DNA of 63,187 bases, counting the filler, from Sphaeroforma arctica JP610 (Eukaryota): assembly GCF_001186125.1 (NCBI RefSeq). It is 3 parts of one record of this genome, joined end to end, with 100 filler letters (N's around TTAATTAATTAA, not from the genome) between each part and the next. Parts side by side here need not be neighbours in the genome. Positions count along the whole stretch, not along the records: positions 28,081 to 53,371 come from NW_014040544.1; 2 more parts are not named here. One strand, written 5' to 3'. Both the position numbers and the translations under genes were made by a program. The number at the start of each line of letters is the position of its first letter. Position 1 is the stretch's first letter. Under the pieces are notes generated by a model that did no database searches, was not told where the DNA came from, and saw only the letters and a program-made list of their open reading frames with translations. Below, piece by piece: positions 31,401-42,691 of the stretch.

Positions 31401-34400
31401 ATACGCCAAATTTGTGACAGGAACTCTGGTCTCATTCCGGACTAGAACATATATTGAATTAGGCGCCCCTCCAGTCATTTGATGGACATGTTTCTACTTA
31501 AATTGACAATTTACGACATCGACAGGAGAAGCCAAGAGCGAAACCCCAGTTTTTTGGACCGCGAACCCACTTTATACGAAGTTATTGATGCAAATCCACA
31601 TGCATATTGTGTGCCTATATGTGTAATGTTTCAGACATGGCCAAAATCGCAATCAAACAGAACCTTGCAAATCACTTACTTGTAAGGCTAGCAGTACGAG
31701 GTTTGTATACTATTCGCTTTGTAAGAATATCTGCTTAATTGGGACTCCTTGGGTGGTCATATGAAAAGCCTCTATTGTGAGCTAAACATTAACGACACTG
31801 CATAGCCGAGCCTGATTCTCACAGTGTGCACTTATAAACACTCCAATATACCCACCCTCCCACACATACTCTACGTCCAGCAGCATTTGCAATATGTAGT
31901 GGTGTTCATTTTGTACAGCGTAATGCAGTGGGGTGAGCCCATTGTTCTCGTTGAAAGCGTCTCGGAACGTCAGTACGTCATCTCGGTCTAGCAACTGTAG
32001 TGTGCATAGTATTCAAGTTGGAGGGGTCAATTGTATGATCTGCAAAGCACGTAAGTGCAGGGGAGCATTGCAGACTCGAAGCACGAACAAATAACGATTC
32101 TTCCTTCTTCGACAAGAATCGACAAACTATTGGTCCGCTTAAATGAGTAGAAGATCTATACTTTCTCCGCCAAATAAGCAACCTTTCATAGATCGAAGTT
32201 TATAAAACGATCGGTAATTGAGTACTAAGCCATACTAGAGTTTCACCTATTCCAATAGAAGTTCAACAATCAGGTGCAGTGCGCCATATATACATACCTC
32301 GCGCACACGGTTGGAGTAGCCATTGGCGGTAGCCTTCAAAAGGTCTTTCCGCAACGATGCGAGTGTGCGGAACACATGAGGAGTGGTAAAGACCAGCGCG
32401 CGGGCAGCTTGCTTCGAAAGTTGTTGATCGGTCTGTAAGTTGAATTATAGGCATAATTTGCTAGTTGATTAGTGCGCTGGGCATACGCAATATTAATTCA
32501 AAATTTCGTATTCTATAAGATTTTCTGATGGGCATAGCGGCTGTACAAGATGTGCAGTTGATAGTGAGACGATGCAATTGGGAAGGCTCTGCATCGTATT
32601 GTTCTTGTGTGGAAGCAATCTGGCCATCAAGAAGAATCAATGGTATATATCCAAACAACCTCAATGTGCGAATGACAACTTGTTGTGGCACAGCGGCGAT
32701 ACGATACGTGTCAGCATACATATCCGACACAACACACGCGGAACTATATACTGTTGTATCAGGCAAGACTGCGCACTACTACCTATACACAGCAGAGTGT
32801 ATAAATTTCACGAGTGGTGTTTTTTTTAGAGTATTCGACAACGAACTATGCCTCACGGACCAGAGTTTTAAAAAAAATATTAAACTACTTCAAAAGTGAG
32901 TGGAGTACGAGACGTCCAACGCCCGAAAATAAAGCCATGACATTTTTTTTGACATATGATATTCACATTATATAGTCACTGACTATTATGCGCACGAAGT
33001 CGACCTGTACAGAATCTATACAAGCCTAATGCTACTTTATAGAACGTGTGGTGGCACCCATACCTCATCTATAACGGGTGAATCAACAACAACCTCAGGT
33101 AATAGTGTCTGCAGTGTAGGCTCGGTCACCTTTAAATCTTCCGCGACAATCTCGGATGAAAATTTATGACCGGTCCAATTCAGACCAGACGATATGCTGA
33201 CAAGACGTCGTACTGTACAACACCAGAAGTTCATAATTAGATGCCAAATGGCACACGACCAGAGAATAGAGGCATGAATAAATTCCACAAATTAGGCTAC
33301 CGTATCAAATTATTGGCAAGTATAACGGGGAGAAAGAAGACATAAGTGGAAACAGGCATGAGTGGAAGTGGATCGCGAACAGAATATTAACGAGAACTGT
33401 AGTTATTATTGATGATCCATCTTATACGAGTATTATAAGATACAAGTGATTGAGGTTGAATGGGCACGGGCCTGGGTCACGAGCGAATTTTTCTCCTGTA
33501 AGCATACAGGATACAGTTGCCAACTAATGAATTAGATCAAAACAAATTCATGGCGACAATTTTAACAGGTGGAAAGTGGGTAGAGCTCGGTGGATTACCG
33601 AGCTATATACTACACTTGATGGCAGTTGCATGTGATAGCGGTGGCGTGGCCAGAAAAAAATGTACATATCAAAACCGCATGTTAGCTTTGCATGTGGCTA
33701 TAACAGTGCAAGCCTATACACAATATCATTTAGTGTTTTTCTTACCTGGTGAATTTCCCCGGCGTCGGTACTCCGATGGAGGTGGTTTGAGCAGACTCCC
33801 TGCGTTGCGCATGGCGGTTGATGGCGGGTTCTTTCGGGCTTTACTGGGGAACTTGGAAGTAGTGATGGGGAGAAATTTTATTGCCTTTCATACTCGGGTC
33901 AGATCAGGCTACAGAGTTGGGCGATTCGAGTTGTAGGTCCGTATTCTTGCAGTCAAGAGACATGTGGTAAAGGCTCAGAACTATTTTCAAGAAGACTCTG
34001 TATTTGCCTCTAGCATGGAACGCGAGCACACCTGAGGCGGGCTGTACTTATATTTTCAACTTAGAATGCGTCAAAGGGAGTAGTGTATATCAGATCATCG
34101 TGGTATTAAAATAGTTTGGTAACTTCAGAGAGAGAGAGAGATAGAGATAATATCTTCCACCAACATGCGCTTTGACTTCACTTGCCATAGGCTGCAAGGT
34201 TAGTATGTTACTAGGCTGGGGTCCAGGAAAACCCCGGAAATTGATTTATGTATGATTCCCCGACATAAATGTACAACATAAGCCACAGTATGTTTGAGGC
34301 TGCTGTGAGTTGACATGTCAACCGATGTGATATAATACAGATTTCACAGTGTTTTGCTATACTACTTCCAAACCATGTAATCTGCAACACAATATCGACG

Positions 34401-36439
34401 CAATACTGCAGCAATTATATGTGACTTAAGTGCGCAAAACCCTAATTTGAACTTGGTGATCTACGCTTAGATCTCGATCTATTAACAAATTACTCGTCCA
34501 GCAGATCTTTTAGTATATACCGAGAAATCGTTCAATCCTAATGTCTACCACAAAGACTCGAAAGGGTAAGCGTTCCTCATATGGTTACTGCGAGCGGCGC
34601 TCGCTTAGAAAATATATGGCGTGAAATATTATAATACGATTTTGACTTAGGGTGCGATACTCGAGATCATGCCGATCTGGAGAAAAACAGGTGAGCACGA
34701 GAATAATTGTCACAAATCTGATAAATGCTTCTACGAATACACACCTCGCCCTTGCGTTTCCTGCCTCGCATATCCCTTTGTGGTCCATATAATGTTTCGC
34801 GGATGCTCTGCATATTTCTGGCTCGGATTTGTCGACCGTCTTCTAGGTTATCTTTGCTACAGCTGGCATTCGGTTTTTGCGTGTTGCTACTGTAGTATTG
34901 CCTGGTGCCTTTCACCCAACCGGAAGGTTCGTTTAAAGCGTCATACGACCTGCTGCTAAAGACCTTTAGTAAAGCGAGGTCGAAAACCATTGAATGTTTG
35001 CCAGAAGAATCGAAGCAAAAACCAGTAAGGTTGACCAGTATGTAGAAATCGAGGACGACAACAATAACCCAGCCAAAGTTTAACTTCATTAACCCGCGAT
35101 GAAAATTAAAAATTGGTATCACTCACTTCAAAGCTGACGATGCTTAACTTATTAGGATTTATTTGTCATGGCATACCATCATTTTGCGCAGCTCATGCTT
35201 GGTAGAAGGGAGAATCGGCGTAGTGATAGTCAAACCCTCTCGCTGATCTGCTCCGTACTCTTTAAATACTCTCAGCCCAAAGCCAATATCATTTTTGATG
35301 GCTGCAGTGTCTTGAGACCGGGCGCGCACATGGCAGACTTTCAGCTTTTCGATATCTGTTCTCATGTCATCGGAAATTTAAATTAAATAAGACTTGAGTT
35401 GGTATGTTGGCATGTAGCGTTTACTCGACATTGAATACGCGCAAATATCTGTTATGTATATCTATATGTATCATGAGTACCAGTGGATATGCGTGACTCA
35501 GACCTTGTCAGGACTAAGACACAAACGCAAGCCATCTATCTCGAGGATTCCGCCAGGAATGCAAAGCAACAGACTTCTCATTGCAGTAATATAGCAAGCT
35601 AAACACAACGCCCAGCCAAGTGTGCAATGGAGAACAGCCGTGGTGAGGATGATATTAATCTCGACTGAGATTGGGTTGTACCTATACATATCCGGTTATG
35701 TGCTGAATACTATTCCAGATAGATCAACAATTCGTCTGCTATATTCACTTCATTTACATATAAAACTATTGCATATATGCATATTATAATCGCGAAACAG
35801 ACAAGCCCTAGCTACACCGCGAAGTAGATGTACCGTAATATAATCATACTTGGCAACTGAGAAGTACATGCTCATATACGAGCCATAGTAGCACATGCAA
35901 ATGCTCACTCCGATTGTGTTGGTCACGTATGGCAGTGGTAAATGAAATAGCTTCACAGCGACAAAGATACAACTACAAATCCACTTACGATTTGTTTTAT
36001 TCACGGATGACAAACCATTTGCCCGTGTCTATATGGTAATATATAACTATATTGGGACATTCATACAAAAATTTATAGACATATATACGCACGCACTGCT
36101 AATTTCTGCTTAAACACACGGCACATTGACTGTCCTACTTCACGTGAGAAACAAAGCAGACTCCTCTCTCAGTCTTAAAACCGCAAAGGCGAAATACTCT
36201 ACTCGATAGCCATTGTTCAGGTATCACAACTTACCAGTACTCCCTTCTATGATTCGCGGCATGTCTATTTGTGACTGCGACTGCGAGCGAGTCATTCGTC
36301 CCTTTGTATGTCCCACAATTGTGGAGGGAGATGAGACTATGTCGAGCTCAGAGCCGGTCACACGCGGTCCAAATAGCCATTTCTTTAGTTTCCGACTGCC
36401 GTCGTTTTGGTCACCCCGCGAGGGCTGAGGGGTCGACAT
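28412..36439 (-). pseudogene. Multi-exon ankyrin-repeat + PX-domain gene, apparently decaying; model incomplete
   Basis: Joining exons ~29404-29538 and 28412-28527 in phase 0 gives TLYKVTVT...EYSVFKRFK|DFLRLHDNL, the PX RRYSDFxxLHxxL motif. Ankyrin-like exons: GLTPLHYAVQNEHHYILQMLL (~31870-31987) and ETPLDTAIRMEN (~31015-31080). Other exon-like pieces with GT donors lie at ~32298-32432, ~33065, ~33746, ~34745, ~35177 and 36235-36439 (putative first exon). In-frame stops occur in candidate exons near 33905, 31440-31460 and 30590. Linking the upstream exons to the same gene is inferred. Confidence 0.55.
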
Positions 36440-37103
36440 GGTATACCTATCGATAGACACTGGCTCGATTTGATTGACATATCAACTGCGCTACCATCAC
36501 CAAGCTGGACTGGCCTAACTAACCTCTTTGTTCATCACTTTGTGAGTGTAGGATGCGACGATTGAAAATGCTATATAATCATATTTTACTCTTCAATTGT
36601 TACCAAGGCTAGAACTTGATTTCAATTCTCATAATTTGATTTAAACACGTATCTTCACACCACGGCATCTACAATATTCGGTATAACGCTTTCGGCTGTA
36701 CAACAGTGCGGACAGTTCTACGATTCGTCGCGAGTGCGAGTGTGACGTATTGCAAGTGTCGCGAAACGCTAAACATCAGACTGATGCGGATGGTCCCGAC
36801 AGGTAAAAATATTGTGTGCACGATATCAGAAACACAATAAGATTATGTTTAAGTCATCAAGACGTAAGCTCCACTCAAAAAACAGAATGAAATATACAAA
36901 TCTGCTCTATATGTATACCAGAGTCTTTGCAGCGAAATGTTGACTCGTATACAGCCTACAATCATCAAACATACTTTTGAGTTCCTTCTTGCTGAAACTG
37001 ATTAGATAGTAATCGAAACCAACGAAAACTCCGAACATAAGTACTAATAGATCACAGGACGTATCGGTCAGTCCATAAGATGCAAAGTAATTGGAGGTGT
37101 CGT

Positions 37104-37165
37104 TATAGCCTAGCACTTTTCTTCATGCTGGATATATAGCCTAGCACTTTTCTTCATGCTGGATA
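37104..37165. repeat. Perfect 31-bp tandem duplication
   Basis: TATAGCCTAGCACTTTTCTTCATGCTGGATA x2. Confidence 0.95.
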
Positions 37166-38878
37166 TATACTAATTATGTATACACTGTCTACTGCTAGCA
37201 GCTCTGAGAGAATATCAAGCTGAATACAGAATTACAGTTAGCGGAATTCTATTAACATTACTGAAACTCACTTTGACGATACTTTTGGTGAGCACAATCA
37301 GATGAGGATAGAACGATGTCATCAAAGGATGCACGCAAGCGACAGCTGTATTTCTACAAATTTACATATTCATTTATTTTGGATGCCACATACATATGAA
37401 AACTGCAGACTATCAGGGCGGGAGATGATACCATTTACACTGTACATGGGCGCAATAGGACACTACTGTGTCTAATCAAAGAAGTCGAAAAAGTTCAAAC
37501 ACATGCTACAACTGCAGATCTATCCATACTGCGGACAGTGATGACAGGGAAGCGTTGAGCGTAAAACACGCGTTGTACTAAAGGTCCGCACCATAATCAG
37601 CTAGTACACAAGTACACGAGAGTCGCATTCAATGCTTTTTCATACTCTACCTGTATCTCGGGTGTAATTACGCCAGACCTCTCTTGGCTAACGTATATAA
37701 TCACAGGAAACAGAACGAAACCGGTCTGGCAACCACACTACACGCATCTAGGCAGTGCTCTATTCCGGCCTCAACAACCTTGAGATGCTATTTTATATTT
37801 ACCATAACCAACTGCTTGAAGTAGACGCAAATAGAGCTAGTGACAACGCCTACCTCCACGCATACACATCTAATGAGGGTTGTCACTACTGCAAGACACT
37901 ATGGTAGCGTAGTCCGCTATCTATTACACACACTCATCATCTATCGTGTGGTGTTGTGGCGCCCATCTACGCTCTAGTAGTAGGAGTACATAGTATTCAG
38001 GCTTCTCTTTTGCTTTATAGAAAAAACTGACATAAAGTACACAAAATAGAAACGATACTGCGCGCGAAAAAGGTACTTCCAAATTAGGAAGATAAACCAG
38101 GTCATAAATTTCAAGGCTTGGACTTTGACCTTCATAAGTTGAAAGTTCAGATTCAGAACCAGTTTTGCGTCGAGTGATGTCCGGCCCTTTACCTGATAAA
38201 GTACATATTGGTTTATTGATTAAAAACGAAGATAAGATCAGTTTTATATACACCTGGTTTAAATACAGAGTCTATTTACGACATAATGGATGGCTGAAAT
38301 GGGTACCCGTGCTAGGTCTCCCGGGAAGTTATCAATTGCAAGCTATAGTTTACGACAAATTAAGTTCTAGATTACATACAATCAGATTGGAAACCGTCGC
38401 TAAATAACTGTGTTTTATTTCAGAGTTTTCAGCGTCCGTTGGCAGTTTAATCAGTGGGCAGGGCAGTCTTCAACTCCCAGACCCACAGTCGAAATACATC
38501 AACAGTCACGACGATTCGAATGCCGCGAAAGGATAGAGAGAAGGGGCGAGTTTTTAGTAAAACCCCACACACATTTGAGTAGTAAACTAGTGTGAAACCT
38601 GGCTAATCGAGCCTAAACGCATCAAGCACTTCTAATAAACCAGAAACGCTTGAGACGATACAGCCAGCATCTATAATCTACTCGATCTTCTCAAACTGCC
38701 TTCCTAAGGGGTTTGTTATCATACAGCACTGCAGCAGTGGAAGGTAAAAAAAAAGTCGCTTTGGCAGGCCTGCAGGGCGGTTGCTTTTTCAGCTGGATGT
38801 GCCGCTAAGACCTAACCCAGCAGCGAAGGCGAATTGCTTTCAGCGCCAGGATAAACAGTAATATATTGTTCAACCATT

Positions 38879-41800
38879 ATGTATAGCAGACCGACTGGCG
38901 GGGTGGGCGAGGGTGGAGAAGATGTCCATCATCAGTATCCTTTAGAACACAACTCGTCCATAGAGCACTCATCATCTTTGCACCAAACCGCACCTTTACA
39001 TCAGCCAGCACCTATACACCAGGCAGCACCGATGCACCAAACAGCGCCGTTGCACCAAACAGCGCATATGCACCAAACAGCACCTATGCGTCAGGAAGCG
39101 CCCGATCACCCATCTGAACCACTGGATGATGCGGAAACAGGTCACAATGGCACCCATAAAGAATGGATGTCGGATACACGAGAAGTATCTGTGCCTGCAC
39201 AAAACGAAGGACAGTACCCAAATTATGATCATGGGGAACTCATGAAGTTCAACGTACCCGTGGGTCGTTCGAGCGATGACGGCAACGCGAGTGGTGATAG
39301 TTATAGCCAAGCGGGTTGCACAGAGTTTAATTCCAGTATGCCAGAAAATATATCAGCACAAACGCCGATAGCACACATGAGTCCCAATGTAGGCGTCTTT
39401 GATGCACAACTAAGCCATAGTATGACCAGTCCAGGTGCAGCACGGACAGACGCGAACAACACTACGCCACAGTCAAATCCTACGCGACGCTACCCTACTG
39501 AGCATAAGATTTGGTTTGCAGAACTCAATCATGGGCCTGAGAGTGTAACAGACGAGAACATGGCGTCATACCTGAAATTGAGGTGGGATACGCTGAAGAC
39601 CTTGTCTGGTTTCAAGACAGCCAAAGCTTTCATATACAACCTTTTGCTGGCCAATGGGAAGCTGGCGTACACAAAGAAGCATTTTCACATGTATCCGTTG
39701 TATACGGAAGCTATTAAGACTATCACCGAATCACATGATTATCGTCACGCAAGCAAACCGATCCCGAGGAAAAAAGGGAGCACTGACGCCGCACCAAATG
39801 CACTGCTGGCGAATATAAACGAGCCGGGTGGTGTGATGGCTGCGATGGACGAGCAGTTGCACTGTAATTCTCCTAATGACACGGGTATATACACAGATCA
39901 GCAAACGGGTCAGACACAATATAAACGGCCAAGGGACGATAGAGAGTCGATGACTGACCAAGGCGACAGCACGGGAGGTGATGTACGCGACGGTGAGGAG
40001 AGTGTCATAATACAGTATCCAGAGGTACACGCACACGCACATAAAGTAGCGAGGCTTACGCAGGCACCTGATGTACACGACAGGGCACATGCTGCACGTG
40101 AGAGCTTTGATATTGCTGTGAATGGAGGTGTAGATACTATTGACTGTCAATTGGAAAGCCACGACGGTCAAGCGACTGTACATGAGATGCAGGAGATGGT
40201 ATCGGATAATCAAGTAGACCCCTCGCAACCTTCGCCTGTCGAGCAGATGCAGAATACCGAGCAGATGCAAAGTGCAGAGACACGGCCGGTCGAGGAACAG
40301 AAGAGTACTGAACCCGCTGTATCGCAAGGGATGGTGCTAATGGATGGTTCTATGCACAACGTCACAGCTGAGCAACAGCAAGGACCTGTCGTGAAGTATC
40401 GTGGAGGCAAGGGAAAAGCAAATGTTGGTGCGGTGCCTGTAGGGTCGAAGCGATATGGAACTGAGCACAAGATTTGGTTTGAGGATTTGAAGCTAACACT
40501 TGATGACGCGAATGATGAGAATATAGCCATGTACATCAACAAGAGATGGGCTATGTTGAAGTCCAGAAGCGGCATCAAGACAGCCAAGGCGTTTGTGTTT
40601 AATGTTATGATCGAAGCTGGCAAACCACCGTACCACAGAGTCAATTGTCACCTGTATCCGAAGTACAAGTTGGCTCTGGATACAATCGAGGCTGCTCCGG
40701 AGTACAAGAATGGGTATAAAAAGGAAAGTGGTAACGTACCCAACCCTGCTCCCTCTTATGAGTATGCTTACGCAGAAGTAGGGCCAGCAGACGTGCAGGT
40801 ACAGGAATATGCGCAAATAGCATATCCCAACTCCGAGCTCAATAATTCCGGACAGCCGCAACTGGATGGTTCTGAACAAACAAACATGAATGCAACCGCA
40901 CAATCACACACTGATGAAGGCTCAGGACAGACTCAAGACGGAACCCCAGCACACCCACCACTAAGTAGTTCGACCCACCCACCCCTAAGCAACCCATCAC
41001 CGCCACACATGAGTTCATCTGCACACCCACAATCAGTACCTGCCGGGAATGCAGTCTCACAGGACACGGCAGTGAACGAGAATCAGCAAAATTTGGCGCT
41101 TGCGGCTCCCCCACCACATGAGCCAAGTACAGCCACGGGCCCGCACTCGCCCACGACCACTGTTATGAATACAATCGTGTCGTCTCCACCCCAAGCGCAA
41201 CTACATCACGTGCAACCACAGACCACGGATCAGAATCAAAACCCAGTAGCTCCTGTGGCCACCGCAGTTGCGAGCAATGAGCCGAACGTGAATGCAGACT
41301 GGTCGCGACGGTACATGACCGAGTGTAAGATTTGGTTCGAAGAGCTGAAGTGGGGCGCGGATAGTATCACGGATGAGAAGATTGCATACTTCATACAAGA
41401 ACGTTTCAATACCTTGAACGGCACGCAATTGGAACCGGCGAAAGCCTTCGTCTATAATATATTGGTAGAAAATGGAAAACCACCATACATCGAGGCCAAT
41501 TTTGGCTTGTATCCTGTGTATACACGTGCCCTGGCTAAAATAGCTCAATTTGCCGAGAAACAATCAGCTGTCGTGCCCGTACAACCGATGTATGGGGTCG
41601 GCGTACCTCCACACATGCACCCACACACCATACCAGTAGAGCCGGCAGCAAATACTGAGTACATGCAATATGCTCAGTACTACCCACCATCCAGCGCGGC
41701 GACATTGCCACTTACTCATGGTATGCATGTCAATAACACGCAGGCCATATCTCTGACTGCCCAAGGGTCGACTACTAGTGGTTTTGAGGCGAAGAATGAT

Positions 41801-42691
41801 TCGAGCGTGGGTGGTGCGAAAGGGGAAGGAAGCGCCATTGAGAAGGGTGGCAGGAAGAAAAAGGCACGCATGCCTCCGTTGAAGGGGGCCAGGAAATACC
41901 GAACGGAGTACAAATTGTGGCACGAAGAAATGAAGTGGACCGCGGCCGATTTAGATGACGAGCACATGGCCAAGTATATCAATATACGATGGGAAACACT
42001 CAAGACTGCGAGCGGGATCAAAACCTCTAAGGCCTTTCTGCATAATATGTTGATGGAGAACTCGAAGCTGCCGTATCATAAGGGGTATTATCACCTTTAC
42101 CCCTTGTATAGGACGGCTATAGAGAAGATCACAAAGGCTCTGGAAACGCAACCTGTGTCGTTTACACCTGAGGATGTAATGGTGATGCTGCGTAATTTGT
42201 ATGAGCTTTACAACGGGAACAGTGATGCCCAGGCCCTCCGCCTGGCTGTTTTAATAGTGTTATGTGTCAAGTTGGAGTTGAAAGTGGAGGATCTGCCACA
42301 CTTAAGGAGCAACCATGTGGTGCCTAAGATTAACAGCATGACTAAGCGGCTAGAGTTGCACGTCTCCTTGCCTGACCAAATACTTCAATCTCGAATCAAG
42401 GACGGGTCAGGCCAGCAGAGTTTACTCATAGCGGCATGTTCGTGTGTAGGGGAACTGATTCAGAATATGGATTGCCCTGCGCACATACTCGAGAACTATT
42501 GGAAACGTATCCCAGAGAACAACAGCGAGCGTATGTTCTTGAGGAGTGTGAACGACAAGGCTAAGCGCTTCATAACCATCCCCATGGGTAAAAAGGTGCT
42601 TTTTGCCGCTGCTGGGGTGTGTAATAGTATGCTGGCGAAGCCGTACCCTAGTAATTCAGTGAACAACCACAGTTTCCGCAGTATCACTTGA
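38879..42691 (+). CDS. Intronless 1270-aa protein: four ~80-aa repeated helical domains in low-complexity linkers plus a C-terminal degenerate tyrosine-recombinase (Crypton/DUF3504-like) domain
   Basis: Uninterrupted 3.8-kb ORF. Repeats (RxYxTExKIW...DExxAxYIxxRWxxLK...KxAKAF...GKxPY...LYPxYxxA) start at ~39485, 40448, 41306 and 41891. The C-terminus has FTPEDV, LAVLIVLCVKLELKVEDLPHLR, CPAHILENY, MFLR, PMGKKVL and NNHSFR. The ORF itself is certain; the family call is by motif recognition. Confidence 0.85.
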   Translation: MYSRPTGGVGEGGEDVHHQYPLEHNSSIEHSSSLHQTAPLHQPAPIHQAAPMHQTAPLHQTAHMHQTAPMRQEAPDHPSEPLDDAETGHNGTHKEWMSDTREVSVPAQNEGQYPNYDHGELMKFNVPVGRSSDDGNASGDSYSQAGCTEFNSSMPENISAQTPIAHMSPNVGVFDAQLSHSMTSPGAARTDANNTTPQSNPTRRYPTEHKIWFAELNHGPESVTDENMASYLKLRWDTLKTLSGFKTAKAFIYNLLLANGKLAYTKKHFHMYPLYTEAIKTITESHDYRHASKPIPRKKGSTDAAPNALLANINEPGGVMAAMDEQLHCNSPNDTGIYTDQQTGQTQYKRPRDDRESMTDQGDSTGGDVRDGEESVIIQYPEVHAHAHKVARLTQAPDVHDRAHAARESFDIAVNGGVDTIDCQLESHDGQATVHEMQEMVSDNQVDPSQPSPVEQMQNTEQMQSAETRPVEEQKSTEPAVSQGMVLMDGSMHNVTAEQQQGPVVKYRGGKGKANVGAVPVGSKRYGTEHKIWFEDLKLTLDDANDENIAMYINKRWAMLKSRSGIKTAKAFVFNVMIEAGKPPYHRVNCHLYPKYKLALDTIEAAPEYKNGYKKESGNVPNPAPSYEYAYAEVGPADVQVQEYAQIAYPNSELNNSGQPQLDGSEQTNMNATAQSHTDEGSGQTQDGTPAHPPLSSSTHPPLSNPSPPHMSSSAHPQSVPAGNAVSQDTAVNENQQNLALAAPPPHEPSTATGPHSPTTTVMNTIVSSPPQAQLHHVQPQTTDQNQNPVAPVATAVASNEPNVNADWSRRYMTECKIWFEELKWGADSITDEKIAYFIQERFNTLNGTQLEPAKAFVYNILVENGKPPYIEANFGLYPVYTRALAKIAQFAEKQSAVVPVQPMYGVGVPPHMHPHTIPVEPAANTEYMQYAQYYPPSSAATLPLTHGMHVNNTQAISLTAQGSTTSGFEAKNDSSVGGAKGEGSAIEKGGRKKKARMPPLKGARKYRTEYKLWHEEMKWTAADLDDEHMAKYINIRWETLKTASGIKTSKAFLHNMLMENSKLPYHKGYYHLYPLYRTAIEKITKALETQPVSFTPEDVMVMLRNLYELYNGNSDAQALRLAVLIVLCVKLELKVEDLPHLRSNHVVPKINSMTKRLELHVSLPDQILQSRIKDGSGQQSLLIAACSCVGELIQNMDCPAHILENYWKRIPENNSERMFLRSVNDKAKRFITIPMGKKVLFAAAGVCNSMLAKPYPSNSVNNHSFRSIT
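38981..39100 (+). repeat. 18-bp coding tandem repeat encoding HQ(T/P/A)A(P/H)(L/I/M) hexapeptides
   Basis: HQTAPL-HQPAPI-HQAAPM-HQTAPL-HQTAHM-HQTAPM in the N-terminus of the 1270-aa ORF. Confidence 0.9.

Noticed and set aside
38996..42687. Multiple minus-strand ORFs overlapping the 1270-aa gene
   Set aside because: Antisense shadows of a long coding sequence, with no motifs.
38879..42691. Active DIRS/Crypton transposon
   Set aside because: No RT/RNase H or terminal repeats are seen nearby, and the catalytic Arg and Tyr appear to be absent.
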